The translations under genes were made by a program, and so were the position numbers. From Clostridia bacterium (GTDB lineage Bacteria > Bacillota > Clostridia > CAKSNL01 > HGM11501), in the NCBI GenBank assembly GCA_045545475.1, contig JAZQAZ010000010.1, forward strand, positions 1-64,000: a stretch of 64,000 nucleotides of DNA, in the 5' to 3' direction. The first letter of the stretch is position 1, and each line of letters opens with the position of its first letter. Under the pieces are notes generated by a model that did no database searches, was not told the DNA's origin, and saw only the letters and a program-made list of their open reading frames with translations. Below are positions 10,831 through 21,830 of this stretch, piece after piece.

Positions 10831-11688
10831 ATGAAAAAAGCAAGAGTTATGCTTATAATTTCAATGGCTGTTTTCGGAACGATAGGCCTTTTCGTAAAGA
10901 ATATAAATCTGCCATCAGGGGAAATTGCACTCTACCGTGCGGTTCTAGCATCGGTATTGATAGGATTGTTTCTTTTGTTTAAGGGTGAAAAAGTTTCAGT
11001 TAAAGATATGAAAAAAGAACTTCTTTTACTTCTTTTATCCGGTGCTGCCATGGGCTTTAATTGGATATTTCTTTTTGAGGCCTATAAGTATACCACCGTT
11101 TCGGTGGCAACGTTGAGCTATTATTTTGCTCCGGTTATAGTTACGGCGGCCTGTCCTTTGCTCTTTAAGGAAAAAATGAACCTTAGAAAATGGATATGCT
11201 TTCTTGGTGCAACGGCAGGTATTGTTCTCATCACTTTGATTGGGGAGCATTCGGAAAATACCGAACATATAAAAGGAATAGCTTTGGGCCTTGGTGCTGC
11301 GGTTTTATACGCTACAGTAATTTTACTTAATAAATATATTAAAAATGTGGGCGGAATTGAAAGAACCTTTTTTCAGTTTATTGCAGCAATCATTGTACTT
11401 TTGCCTTATGTTCTTTTTACAGAGGGATTTAATCTTACAACGCTTTCATTAAAAGGTTGGGGGTATCTTCTGACAATAGGCCTTATTCATACGGGAATTA
11501 CATATTGCCTTTATTTTTCTTCCCTTAAGTTTATTTCGGGACAAAAGGCGGCAATTTTAAGTTATATAGATCCTTTGGTTGCAGTATTATGTTCAGCGTT
11601 TATTCTGGGAGAAGAAATGATGCCAATGCAGATAATAGGAGGAATTATGATACTGGGATTTACATTATATAATGAAATCTCAAATTAA
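10831..11688 (+). CDS. EamA/DMT family transporter
   Basis: About 10 TM helices in two EamA repeats (LLFKEKM, ILGEEM). Confidence 0.88.
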   Translation: MKKARVMLIISMAVFGTIGLFVKNINLPSGEIALYRAVLASVLIGLFLLFKGEKVSVKDMKKELLLLLLSGAAMGFNWIFLFEAYKYTTVSVATLSYYFAPVIVTAACPLLFKEKMNLRKWICFLGATAGIVLITLIGEHSENTEHIKGIALGLGAAVLYATVILLNKYIKNVGGIERTFFQFIAAIIVLLPYVLFTEGFNLTTLSLKGWGYLLTIGLIHTGITYCLYFSSLKFISGQKAAILSYIDPLVAVLCSAFILGEEMMPMQIIGGIMILGFTLYNEISN

Positions 11689-11699
11689 GGAGGTTTATC

Positions 11700-12473
11700 A
11701 TGAAAGCACTTATTACAGGAGCAAGCTCAGGACTTGGAAGGGATATGGCAAAGGTTTTGTCATACATGGGATATGATATTATAGCTGTCGCAAGGAGAGA
11801 GGAACTTCTGAAAGAGCTAAAGGAAACGCTTCCTACAGAAGTAACAGTGGTAAAGTGTGATATTTCCAGTGAGGAAGAATGTATGACGCTTTCACGTTAT
11901 GCGAAAGAAACCGATATACTTATAAATAATGCAGGCTTTGGCGTTTTCGGAGCGTTTTCTAAGAACGAACTTTCAAACGAACTTAAAATGCTTGATACAA
12001 ATGTGCGTGCTTTGCATATTCTTACAAAAATCTTTCTTGAGGAATTCAGGAAGAAAAATTCAGGACGTATTTTGAATGTGGCGTCTTTGGCGGCGTTTTT
12101 CCCCGGACCTTTGTTTGCGGGGTATTATGCATCTAAGGCATATGTTTTAAGACTTTCACAGAGCATCGCTGAAGAACTCAGAAGAGAAAAGAGCAAGGTT
12201 AAGATAAGCGTACTTTGCCCGGGCCCTGTTCACACCGGCTTTGAAAAGGCATCAGGTGTTTCTTTTGGAAAGGGTACTGAAAAAACAAAAGGGATAATCC
12301 TTGAAAGCGAGGCTGTGGCCGAGTATGCGATTCGGAAGATGCTTTCCGGAAAAGAGGTTATAGTCCCGGGCTTTTTAATGAAAGTCGGCGTTTTCATGAG
12401 GCATATTCTGTCTGATAAAATGCTTGCAAAAGCACTTTATTTTATACAGAGCAAAAAGATGATTGGGAAATAA
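11700..12473 (+). CDS. Short-chain dehydrogenase/reductase
   Basis: ITGASSGLG, LINNAG, YYASK catalytic YxxxK. Confidence 0.92.
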   Translation: MKALITGASSGLGRDMAKVLSYMGYDIIAVARREELLKELKETLPTEVTVVKCDISSEEECMTLSRYAKETDILINNAGFGVFGAFSKNELSNELKMLDTNVRALHILTKIFLEEFRKKNSGRILNVASLAAFFPGPLFAGYYASKAYVLRLSQSIAEELRREKSKVKISVLCPGPVHTGFEKASGVSFGKGTEKTKGIILESEAVAEYAIRKMLSGKEVIVPGFLMKVGVFMRHILSDKMLAKALYFIQSKKMIGK

Positions 12474-12557
12474 CTGAAATGTCAATAAAAATCAACCTAA
12501 GATGATTTGATTGGTCATTTACAAAAGCTTTATTTATGATATAATGGGAGTAACTTT

Positions 12558-13244
12558 ATGAAAAGACTTATTAAGAGATCCTTCCTTGACACCCTTCCGG
12601 TTATGGCGGGATATATAGTTCTTGGTTTTGGTTTCGGACTTATATCTTCGGAAAAAGGCTATGGGGTTTTATTTGCAATTGCCATGAGTGTTTTTATTTA
12701 TGCAGGAGCCATGCAGTATGTGGCACTTGATCTTTTAACAGGTGGTGTAAGCCTTATAACTGCGGCACTTACCACTCTGATGGTAAATGCAAGACATCTT
12801 TTTTACGGTATAACAATGATAGAACATTACAAAAAGACGGGGTACAGAAAGCCCTATCTTGTTTTTGCACTCACGGATGAAACATATTCGCTCTTATGCT
12901 CAGGCAAAGCTCCGGAGGGACTTAGCTTCAAAAGCTATGCTTTTGCGGTTTCGCTGTTTAATCAGTGTTATTGGGTTTTGGGAAGCTTTTTGGGTGCGTT
13001 TGTGGGGAGAGAAAGCTCATTTAATACAAAAGGCGTGGAATTTGCAATGACAGCACTTTTCGTTACTGTTTTTGTTGAACAATGGAAGAGTACAAAAGAA
13101 CACGCCCCGGCAATAATCGGTGTTGTATCATCTTTGATTTGTCTTTTTGTTTTCGGAGCGGAGGATTTTCTTATTCCGTCAATGATACTTATAACGTTAT
13201 GTCTTTCACTTAAGAAAAAATATAGAGCCAAGGAGGAAGCGTAA
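12558..13244 (+). CDS. azlC: AzlC family branched-chain amino acid exporter
   Basis: YAGAMQY, NARHLFYG, LTDETYS motifs. Confidence 0.9.
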   Translation: MKRLIKRSFLDTLPVMAGYIVLGFGFGLISSEKGYGVLFAIAMSVFIYAGAMQYVALDLLTGGVSLITAALTTLMVNARHLFYGITMIEHYKKTGYRKPYLVFALTDETYSLLCSGKAPEGLSFKSYAFAVSLFNQCYWVLGSFLGAFVGRESSFNTKGVEFAMTALFVTVFVEQWKSTKEHAPAIIGVVSSLICLFVFGAEDFLIPSMILITLCLSLKKKYRAKEEA

Positions 13245-13573
13245 TGGATTATAAATATAAAGTTGCCATGATAGCTGTTGTAGCACTGGTTACTGTGATG
13301 CTTCGAGTTCTTCCTTTTCTTATTTTCAACGGCAAAAGAAAAACTCCGGAATTTATCCGATATCTGGGAAAGGTTTTGCCCTTTGCAATTATGGGGATGC
13401 TTGTTGTATATTGCTTAAAGAGTGTTTCTTTTATATCCTCACCTTTTGGAATACCTGAATTAATTGCGTCATTATTGGTTGTTTTTCTTCATTTGTGGAA
13501 GCACAACACTCTTTTGAGCGTTGGCGGAGGTACGGTTATATATATGATTTTAGTACAGAATTTGTTTGTATAA
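13244..13573 (+). CDS. azlD: AzlD family protein
   Basis: LRVLPF...YLGKVLPFAIMGMLVVYCLK; coupled to azlC. Confidence 0.88.
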   Translation: MDYKYKVAMIAVVALVTVMLRVLPFLIFNGKRKTPEFIRYLGKVLPFAIMGMLVVYCLKSVSFISSPFGIPELIASLLVVFLHLWKHNTLLSVGGGTVIYMILVQNLFV

Positions 13574-13680
13574 AAATGATAAAATAGTAGAAAAAGTCAA
13601 TTTTCAGTAGTATATGACATTTACAAAATAAATTTTTTACAGTATAATTTAAATAAGGAAATAAGAAAGGGTGAACATGG

Positions 13681-16428
13681 ATGAAAAAAGTATTATGCTT
13701 GATTCTTTTGCTTTCACTGGCATTATCCCTCACTGCAATGGGAGAGGTAAGCGCAAAAGAGCTTCCTTTAAGCGAAATCACTGTGAAAAGCGGAGCTACT
13801 GTTGACAGTGAGGTAAAATGGCTTGAGAGAGGCTATTATTTCGGTTATGAAAATGTGGATTTAACAGGAATCAATTCTGTTAAAATTACGGCATATAACA
13901 AGCTTGTTACCGGAACAAACGGCGTAACCATGGCCATTATTATAGACAATCCCAAAAGCGGAGAGATAATAGGTTATGTAACCTTAACTGAGGTTGGAGA
14001 AAATATTACCGTAAGTGCGTCTGTTAACCCCACTGAAGGTGTACATAATCTCTATTTTTACAGCCTATACGGTAAAAACACCATTAACGAAACAAGAATA
14101 AGAAAAATAGAACTTTTGGAAGAAAAGTACGAAAGCGATAAACTGAGTAAACAGGTGCCCGATTCATTCATTATTGATGACTTTTCAGATACCTGGGCGG
14201 CAACTGACGATTTTGGAAGAAGAGTTGCCTCCTTTGAAGAAACGGGAGCTGTTAAAACCGACGGCAGAGAAGTTGGAATAATTTACTGGAACTGGTTTAT
14301 AGATGCGGATAAAAAAGCAAATGTTATTCCTGAGATTATCTCAGAGAAGCCTTCCGCAAAGGAAGTTTACTCTGACCCCATTTGGGAGCATGAAGCTACG
14401 TTTTACTGGGGCGAACCTGTTTTGGGCTTTTACACAAGCTATGATTATTGGGTATACCGCCGTCATGCTGAAATGCTTTCTGTTGCGGGAATAGACTCGA
14501 TATTTTTCGATTATTCCAATGCAGGACTGGATTACATAACAACATTAAATGTTCTTGCATCTGCATTCCGTGATGCCAAGGCATCGGGAATTGACATTCC
14601 GGAAATTTCTGCCATGATGAATCTTGGTTATAATCCGGATAATGCATACAGAGGACTTCTGGCAATTTACTTTAATTGCTTCTATGAAAACGACTATTCT
14701 GATATTTGGTACTATCTTGACGGAAAGCCGTTGCTTTATGCGAATTCCACTTATAAGGTGGCTCTTCAGAATACGGAAAGCGACAACCTTACAGAAAGAG
14801 AAGCATTGTCTCTTACAAAGGATTTCTTTACTTTCCGTCCTCATGGCGGAAGAAATGTTGATACTGATGATGATGCATGGATGTGGCTTGAGAATTTTCC
14901 GCAGGTACTGAGAAATGTGGATGAAGAAACAGGGCGTCCTGAATTTGTGGTTGTAGGCTGTGCGATTAATCAGTCAACGGAAGTTGGCTTATCGGAAACA
15001 GGTGTGTTCTCAGACCCCTACTGTAAGGGAAGAGGATATTCTGAAGCATTCGGTGAGGATTATTCCGAAGACGGAAAGAGAATGGCATATTTCTTCCGTG
15101 AACAGGCATCCTTGGCTCTTGAGGCTGAGCCTGAGTTTGTAATGATAGATGGATGGAACGAGTGGACAGCACTCCGACAGGACAGCTACAATGGTCACAA
15201 AAATTCCTTTGTTGACTGCTTTGACTATGAAAATAGCCGCGACTTTGAACCTAACAACGGTCCTTTGAAGGACGACTATTACATGTTGCTTTCTGACTTT
15301 GTAAGAAAATATAAGGGTGTAAGAGAAACGCCTCTTGCCGACGGAGCAAAAACCATTGATATATCGGGAGACATTGCTCAATGGACAGAGGTAGGACCAA
15401 CATTCTATAATAATGATCAGAATTATGAACGAGACAGTGTAGGTTTATGGAAGAGAGGAACAAAGGAATCTCATATTTATAAGACAACAGTAAACAATGC
15501 CATAAAAACAGCAAAGGTGTCTTTTGATGCGGAAAAGCTCTACTTTATGGCAGAATGTCATGAGGATATAAAAACAAACGGAAATGCAGTGCTTAATCTC
15601 TATATAAATTCCGACAGAAATCACAATACAGGATGGGAAGGATATGACCATGCTGTAAATCTGGACGGTCTTGGAAAGCTTTCCTCCTTTAACGGAAATA
15701 CATGGGAAAGAAGCATAACAGGTGATGTGAAATATAGTGTGACAGGAAAGTACATACAGCTTGAAGTTGCAAGAAGCCTGATTTCAGAAACAAGTGCAGT
15801 TAACCTTGAATTTAAGTGGGTGGATTCCGTTAATCCGGAAGGAGACCTTCTTAAGTTCTATTCTGACGGAAGCGTTGCACCCATTGGCCGCTTCAATTAT
15901 GTTTATACAGAAATCCCTGAAACTTCAATTTCCGAAACTGAAAGGGATAACCTGCTTGGAACAAGTGTCTTAAAGGCAGGCTCAAGCAAAATGATAGTAT
16001 CCGGTGCCAAGAGATACGTTTACGAAAAGGATATAACCGTAACACCCTTTGAAATGAACAGAACTCTTTATATTCCCGAAGATGCCTATAACGAAATAAT
16101 GGGCTACGGAAGAAGCAAAACCGAGTACGATGCAAATTACAATAAATTCTTTACTTACCACTTTGATTTAAACGATGATATGACAGAAATCGTAAACTAT
16201 AAGTGGACCTGCTCCGTCTTAGAATCAACAGAGGTAAAGGTAGACGGCGTGTTCTCTACACTTTCAGCGCCCGTGAAATATGTAAACGGAATCTTTTATA
16301 TTCCTGCATCATTGATCTCCGAATGCTATGGCTATGAGGTTAAGGCGATGGGGGACGGCGTGTATGCAATCGGAAAATACGGCGTATCCGATGGAGATGT
16401 CAAGGCCGTACTTTCGCATATCAATTAA
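13681..16428 (+). CDS. Secreted putative glycoside hydrolase: CBM-like N-terminus, GH71/GH99-like barrel, C-terminal stalk domain
   Basis: Signal peptide; YWGEPVLGFY, HAEMLSVAGID, GWNEW and SRDFEP motifs; stalk-like TLYIP / IFYIP..LISE at the C-terminus. Confidence 0.6.
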   Translation: MKKVLCLILLLSLALSLTAMGEVSAKELPLSEITVKSGATVDSEVKWLERGYYFGYENVDLTGINSVKITAYNKLVTGTNGVTMAIIIDNPKSGEIIGYVTLTEVGENITVSASVNPTEGVHNLYFYSLYGKNTINETRIRKIELLEEKYESDKLSKQVPDSFIIDDFSDTWAATDDFGRRVASFEETGAVKTDGREVGIIYWNWFIDADKKANVIPEIISEKPSAKEVYSDPIWEHEATFYWGEPVLGFYTSYDYWVYRRHAEMLSVAGIDSIFFDYSNAGLDYITTLNVLASAFRDAKASGIDIPEISAMMNLGYNPDNAYRGLLAIYFNCFYENDYSDIWYYLDGKPLLYANSTYKVALQNTESDNLTEREALSLTKDFFTFRPHGGRNVDTDDDAWMWLENFPQVLRNVDEETGRPEFVVVGCAINQSTEVGLSETGVFSDPYCKGRGYSEAFGEDYSEDGKRMAYFFREQASLALEAEPEFVMIDGWNEWTALRQDSYNGHKNSFVDCFDYENSRDFEPNNGPLKDDYYMLLSDFVRKYKGVRETPLADGAKTIDISGDIAQWTEVGPTFYNNDQNYERDSVGLWKRGTKESHIYKTTVNNAIKTAKVSFDAEKLYFMAECHEDIKTNGNAVLNLYINSDRNHNTGWEGYDHAVNLDGLGKLSSFNGNTWERSITGDVKYSVTGKYIQLEVARSLISETSAVNLEFKWVDSVNPEGDLLKFYSDGSVAPIGRFNYVYTEIPETSISETERDNLLGTSVLKAGSSKMIVSGAKRYVYEKDITVTPFEMNRTLYIPEDAYNEIMGYGRSKTEYDANYNKFFTYHFDLNDDMTEIVNYKWTCSVLESTEVKVDGVFSTLSAPVKYVNGIFYIPASLISECYGYEVKAMGDGVYAIGKYGVSDGDVKAVLSHIN

Positions 16429-16440
16429 GGAGGCGATAAT

Positions 16441-18948
16441 ATGAAAAAGATACTTTCTTTAATCCTGGCACTTTGTCTTGTGTCCTCATTTGCAGTATTA
16501 TCGTCTGCCGAAAATGCAGGAACAGTAATTCCTTTTAGCGAGGACTGGATAATTGAAGCAAACTCAGAAAGCAACTCAGATGCTAACTCTGTTTTAAGAG
16601 CTTTTGACGGCTCAAGGGATACCTACTGGCATTCCTATTTCAGATTTGAAAACGGTGCCGTGGTTGAAAAGGCAGAATATCCTCATACAATAACGGTAAC
16701 TTTCCCGGAGAAAAGAAATGTATCCGGATGGCGTTACACCACGAGAAACGATAACGCATCGGGGATATTCTTAAGTTATGAGATATATGCAAGTGAAGAC
16801 GGCAGCGAATTTAAGCTCATATACAGAGGCGAAATGCCTGAATATGCAACAGGAATCAATGTGGCGGAATTTGCACCACATGTTGGCTCCTGGGGTAATG
16901 TTTCAATGAAGGCGATAAAAATTGCCGTAACAGAGTCAAGAGCCGGTCACGGAACAGCGGCTGAAATCGAGTTCTTTGAAAACGGAGAAGGCGAAACCGT
17001 AAAGGAGGATATTACTTATTCCGAGGAATCTCCCTACGGAGATAAGCTTTCGACTGCAGGATGGAGTGTTACTGCAAGCTCGGAAGCTGCAGGAAACTCT
17101 GTAAAGCTTGTTATTGACGGGAATAAGAAAAACTACTGGCACACACCGTTTAGTTTTAAGGACGGCGTAACCATCCCTGCGGAGTATCCGCATTTTATCC
17201 AAATCACACTTCCGGAAGTTACTAAGGTTTCGGGACTTTTGTACTATCCCAGAACCGATAATGCAGTTGGCTCCTTCCAGGATTATAAAGTTTACTTATC
17301 CGCCGACGGAGAAAACTTCACTCTTGAAAAAAGCGGAACATTCCCTTATCAGCCCGGCTCTGCCAAGGACTTTAAGCCAAGCTTTGTTTCCTGGGATGAA
17401 AAGGAAGTAAAGGCAGTAAAGATTGAGACGGAAAGAGCCCTGGGAAATCACGGCACCTGTGCGGAAATCGAGCTTTACTCGGGTATTGCCAAGGTAAAGG
17501 AAGAGGTAAATCCCCTTGATTTTGAGGGCGAAGAAGGTGAACACGCTACAAAGTGCTATGTTAAGGATAAAACTACCGGAAAGTCCAAAAGGGGAGTTTC
17601 ATTCGTAAGCCGTAACGGCTGGCAGGCATCTGTAAGCTCTGACCAGAGTGCAACCATATCACAGATGTTTGACGGAGATAAGTCAACTTACTGGCACACA
17701 AACTTCAAGGCAATCGGCGGCGATATAAAGGAGCACGACCTTCCTCCGCACTATATCCTTTTAATACTTCCGGAAACTACGGAAATATCGGGATTATCCT
17801 TGCTTCCGAGGCAGGATAACGTAACTGGAAGCTTCTTTAACATAAATATCTATGCAGCGGAAAACGATGATGACGAATGGACGCTTATCAAAGAAGATCA
17901 TGCTTGCTCCGGTTCAACGCAGATTAATGAAATTTATTTTTCTGCAAACATAAAGGTGAAAAAGCTCCGTATAGAAGCGACCACCACAAAGAGCGGCTAC
18001 GGAACAATGGCGGAATTAAATCTTTTTGAAAAGGACAGCAGCAAGGATACCGTTGACTATGCTTCCTTTAAGGAATATGAAGAAAAGTACGCTCTTTATA
18101 AAATAGACAAAACACTCTTTAAAGCAACGAGCAATGCCACAGACTGGGATACTCATTCTCCCTCTAAAATTCTGGACGGGGCAGAGGACACCTTCTGGCA
18201 GACAGTAGCTCTTGACCATGGAACTGTTGCAACCCTTTCGATTGATATGGGAAATGTTTACGAGGTAAAGAGAATTGACTGTGTGCCGAGAGAAACCGCT
18301 GATTTTCACGGATGTTGGCTTAAGGCAACACTTTATGCCAGCGTTGACGGTGAAAACTGGGAAGCGGTTTTAACCGATGTTACCTTTGAAAAGAGTCTTG
18401 ACATAAACGAACTTGAATTTGAAAATAGCGTAAAGGCAAGATATTTTGAATTTGAAATTTATGAATATTTTGCAGACAGAGTCTCCTTAGGTGAAATGTA
18501 CTTCTATCAGGACTTGGCAGGAAAGAAAGCTTTTGAAGAAGAAAACATGGAAAAGTATGTTCTTAAAATAGGTTCAAAAGAGATTTCCTACAAAAATAAA
18601 GGAGAAGAGGGCGTGAAAGAAATTGACGTCGCTCCTTTCATTGTGAATGGTTCCACCATGATACCGCTCCGAGGCTTACTTGAACTTATGGGAGCTGAAA
18701 TAACCTGGTACGGGGAAGATCAAAGCATAGACATTGACAACGGTTCTTATTTCATACATCTTCAGATTGACAATAAGCTTGTATATGTAAAGCATCCCGC
18801 TTTTGGCGATATAAGATACACCCTTTTGTCAATTCCCGTAATCGTTTCGGGAAGAACGTTTATCCCATTAAGATTTGTATCCGAACAGCTTGGCTATAAC
18901 GTGGAATGGAACGGCGAAACACAGGAAATTACAATCAGTGTAGGCTGA
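16441..18948 (+). CDS. Secreted protein with four discoidin (F5/8 type C, CBM32-like) domains and a C-terminal stalk domain
   Basis: Four DG...T/NY/FWH/Q repeats (AFDGSRDTYWHS, IDGNKKNYWHT, FDGDKSTYWHT, LDGAEDTFWQT); STMIPLR and RTFIPLRFVSE stalk motifs. Confidence 0.8.
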   Translation: MKKILSLILALCLVSSFAVLSSAENAGTVIPFSEDWIIEANSESNSDANSVLRAFDGSRDTYWHSYFRFENGAVVEKAEYPHTITVTFPEKRNVSGWRYTTRNDNASGIFLSYEIYASEDGSEFKLIYRGEMPEYATGINVAEFAPHVGSWGNVSMKAIKIAVTESRAGHGTAAEIEFFENGEGETVKEDITYSEESPYGDKLSTAGWSVTASSEAAGNSVKLVIDGNKKNYWHTPFSFKDGVTIPAEYPHFIQITLPEVTKVSGLLYYPRTDNAVGSFQDYKVYLSADGENFTLEKSGTFPYQPGSAKDFKPSFVSWDEKEVKAVKIETERALGNHGTCAEIELYSGIAKVKEEVNPLDFEGEEGEHATKCYVKDKTTGKSKRGVSFVSRNGWQASVSSDQSATISQMFDGDKSTYWHTNFKAIGGDIKEHDLPPHYILLILPETTEISGLSLLPRQDNVTGSFFNINIYAAENDDDEWTLIKEDHACSGSTQINEIYFSANIKVKKLRIEATTTKSGYGTMAELNLFEKDSSKDTVDYASFKEYEEKYALYKIDKTLFKATSNATDWDTHSPSKILDGAEDTFWQTVALDHGTVATLSIDMGNVYEVKRIDCVPRETADFHGCWLKATLYASVDGENWEAVLTDVTFEKSLDINELEFENSVKARYFEFEIYEYFADRVSLGEMYFYQDLAGKKAFEEENMEKYVLKIGSKEISYKNKGEEGVKEIDVAPFIVNGSTMIPLRGLLELMGAEITWYGEDQSIDIDNGSYFIHLQIDNKLVYVKHPAFGDIRYTLLSIPVIVSGRTFIPLRFVSEQLGYNVEWNGETQEITISVG

Positions 18949-18949
18949 T

Positions 18950-18986
18950 AAAAAGAGCTTTACTCTAAATAGAGTAAAGCTCTTTC
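18950..18986. terminator. Bidirectional intrinsic terminator
   Basis: aaagagctttactcta-aa-tagagtaaagctcttt. Confidence 0.8.
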
Positions 18987-19194
18987 TTATTTGAATTTGT
19001 GCACCATTCTATATTCCTTAGGAGTTTTGCCGGTTTGCTCCTTAAATGCCCTCAAAAAAATTTGAAAGGGATGTAAATCCCGAATTAAAACATATTTCGG
19101 TAACGGACATGGTGCTGGAACTTAGAAGAAATCCGGCACTTTCCGTTTTGCATTTATTTAAATAGTCAGTATAAAATATATCGGTATATTGCAT
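18987..19194 (-). pseudogene. Frameshifted remnant of an AraC C-terminal HTH
   Basis: Manual translation: DYLNKCKTESAGFLLSSSTMSVTEICFNSGFTSLSNF then, after one extra base in the A7 run at 19054-19060, LRAFKEQTGKTPKEYRMVHKFK*; not in the ORF track. Confidence 0.75.
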
Positions 19195-19307
19195 AAAATA
19201 ACGGAATTTTGGAGAAATTTTAGCGGAATAGTATTGACATAAAGTGTATGCAAGTGTAATATTTATTATGAAAGAATTACCTGCTTTAACTTTAAGGAGA
19301 CATAATT

Positions 19308-21815
19308 ATGAAAATTTTTGAAAGAGAAAGTCGCCTTGCACCTTTTTTCTGGCTTCACGGAGAAAGTGAAGATGTTTTGAAAGAGGAAATAGAGGCTATA
19401 TATAATTCTGGAATCCGTGCTGTGTGCTTAGAGTCCCGCACTCACGAGGAATTCGGAGAAGACAAGTGGTTTTCTGATGTGCGTTTTATCTTAAATGAAT
19501 GTAAGAAGCGTGATATGTTTGTGTGGATACTTGATGACAAGCATTTTCCTTCCGGTTACGCCGCAGGTGCTCTTGAAAAGGAAAATCTTGATATGCGTGC
19601 ATGGGGAATCACGGAAGTTCACGTTGATATTCCCGGCGGCATGGACGATATAGCCCTTCTTACGGAAAGGCATATTGGAAATGAAGAAGAGCTGCTCGCC
19701 GTTATCGCCTGCAGGCATATTGAAGGAAGCGAGCTTCTGACAGGTGAGGCGATTGACCTTACCGATGATGTCGAGGACGGAATGGTTCATTTTTCGCTTC
19801 CCGAAGGTATGTGGAGAGTATTCTTCATAAAGAAAACAAGAGCGGGAATAAATCTAGGGGCACTTAAGTACATAGATATGCTCCGCCCCGAGTCGGTGCA
19901 GATATTTATTGACAAGGTATACGAAAAGCACTATGCTGCTCTTAAAGAAGAATTCGGAAAAACTTTCATTGGATTTTTCTCAGATGAACCCGCATTTCAT
20001 AATGGATCACAGGCTATGGTAAAAACCGGCACACTGTTCAGTCATCATCCTTACGGAAACTCTGTCATGGACTATCTTAAGAAAGCCTACGGTGATGAAG
20101 CAAGAAAAATGCTTCCCGGGCTCTGGGCAGCTTTTGATGACGGAAGAGAAGCTGAAATCCGCTATGCCTATATGGATTTTATTACAAAGGAATATAGAAA
20201 CAATTTCTGTAACCGTATTGCCGACTGGTGCCACGCTCACGGTGTTAAGTACATTGGCCACGTAATTGAGGATAACCGAATTGATGCCACAACAGGAAAC
20301 GGTTGCGGACACTATTTCAGAGCACTTGACAAGCAGGATATGTCGGGAATAGATGTGGTGCTGGATCAGATTATCCCCGGGGTTAAAAACTGTAATAATG
20401 CAGGACCTGTAAGCTATAAACATATGAATTACAACTTCTTTAAGTATATGCTTGCAAAGCTTGGATCTTCTATGGCTCACCTTGACGAAAGAAAAAAGGG
20501 AGAGGCAATGTGCGAAATTTTCGGTGCTTTCGGATGGGTTGAAGGAACCAGGACCATGAAATGGCTCTCTGACCATATGCTGGTAAGAGGAATAAATTAT
20601 TATGTTCCCCACGCCTTTTCTGCAAGGGAAAAGGATAAGGATTGTCCGCCCGTATTTTACTATCGTGGGCAGAACCCTCAGTATAAGTATTTCAGCAAAA
20701 TTGCAGGCTACCTTGAAAGAGGCTCAAGCATCTTAAAGGGCGGACGTCACGTTGCCGACTGTGCTCTTTTATACGATGCGGAATTTATATGGATGACGGA
20801 GGACAGACTTCCTCTGGAAAACGTGGCAAAGGAAATTTATACCCATCAGATAGATTTTGACATAATTCCGTCAGATTACCTTGATAAAGCAGGTGTAAAG
20901 GACGGAAGAATTGAAATAAACGGCGAAAGCTTCAATTCGCTTTTGGTACCCTACGGAAAAGTAATAAACTCCGAAACGGAGGATAAGCTTATTACTCTGA
21001 AAAATAAGGGAGCAAGGGTTGTTTTTGTTGATAAATGCCCTGAAAATGCAAAGGAAAGCTATGAAATTGTACCGCTTTCTTCGCTTGCAGACTTCCTTAA
21101 AGAATCAGGCACAGATGTTTCTGTTGATATCGAGTGCGAAGATATACATATTCTTCACTATGTAAGAGATAAAAAAGATATTTATATGGTAACCAACGAG
21201 GGGATAGATAAGACACAAACCTTTACCCTTAAAACCTCAAAGCTTATAGATAAATGTGCCCTTTACGATGCTATGGAAGACAGACTTTTTGATGCAGAAA
21301 TGAGAGATGACGGCGTTAAGCTAACTATTCCGCCATATGGTTCTGTGTTTGTCATAACGGATACCGAAGGGGAAGAGAAGGCTTATCAGACAGGCAAGGA
21401 AGAAGAACTTTCGCTAAATTATAAGATTTCGCTTGCTGAAATAAACAGCGAAAACTTTGAGTTTTACAAAGAGACGGATAAGCTTTTTAATATAACAGGG
21501 AGAGGAGAAAAGACTCATTTTTCAGGCCATATTCTGTATGACACCGTGTTTAATGCAAAGAAGGGTAAGTACATTTTAGACCTTGGCTATGTGGGAGAAA
21601 TTGCGGAAGTTACATTAAACGGTAAAAACCTGGGCTCAAAGGTTATTCCGCCCTACACTTTTGATGTATCAGAAGCCTTAAAAGACGGTGAGAATCATCT
21701 TCTTATTAAGGTTACAAACTCAAATGTATTTAAAGAGCGTGATATGATTTCCTCCTTTATGCGAATAGAGCCTTCGGGACTCCTTGGACCTGTCAAGCTT
21801 AAAGAAAAGCTATAA
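19308..21815 (+). CDS. Glycoside hydrolase, GH106 (alpha-L-rhamnosidase)-like
   Basis: PFFWLHG, WILDDKHFPSG, FFSDEP, CEIFGAFGW, RGINYYVPHAF; C-terminal SGLLGPVKL. Confidence 0.75.
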   Translation: MKIFERESRLAPFFWLHGESEDVLKEEIEAIYNSGIRAVCLESRTHEEFGEDKWFSDVRFILNECKKRDMFVWILDDKHFPSGYAAGALEKENLDMRAWGITEVHVDIPGGMDDIALLTERHIGNEEELLAVIACRHIEGSELLTGEAIDLTDDVEDGMVHFSLPEGMWRVFFIKKTRAGINLGALKYIDMLRPESVQIFIDKVYEKHYAALKEEFGKTFIGFFSDEPAFHNGSQAMVKTGTLFSHHPYGNSVMDYLKKAYGDEARKMLPGLWAAFDDGREAEIRYAYMDFITKEYRNNFCNRIADWCHAHGVKYIGHVIEDNRIDATTGNGCGHYFRALDKQDMSGIDVVLDQIIPGVKNCNNAGPVSYKHMNYNFFKYMLAKLGSSMAHLDERKKGEAMCEIFGAFGWVEGTRTMKWLSDHMLVRGINYYVPHAFSAREKDKDCPPVFYYRGQNPQYKYFSKIAGYLERGSSILKGGRHVADCALLYDAEFIWMTEDRLPLENVAKEIYTHQIDFDIIPSDYLDKAGVKDGRIEINGESFNSLLVPYGKVINSETEDKLITLKNKGARVVFVDKCPENAKESYEIVPLSSLADFLKESGTDVSVDIECEDIHILHYVRDKKDIYMVTNEGIDKTQTFTLKTSKLIDKCALYDAMEDRLFDAEMRDDGVKLTIPPYGSVFVITDTEGEEKAYQTGKEEELSLNYKISLAEINSENFEFYKETDKLFNITGRGEKTHFSGHILYDTVFNAKKGKYILDLGYVGEIAEVTLNGKNLGSKVIPPYTFDVSEALKDGENHLLIKVTNSNVFKERDMISSFMRIEPSGLLGPVKLKEKL

Positions 21816-21830
21816 AGTATCACAATGTAA

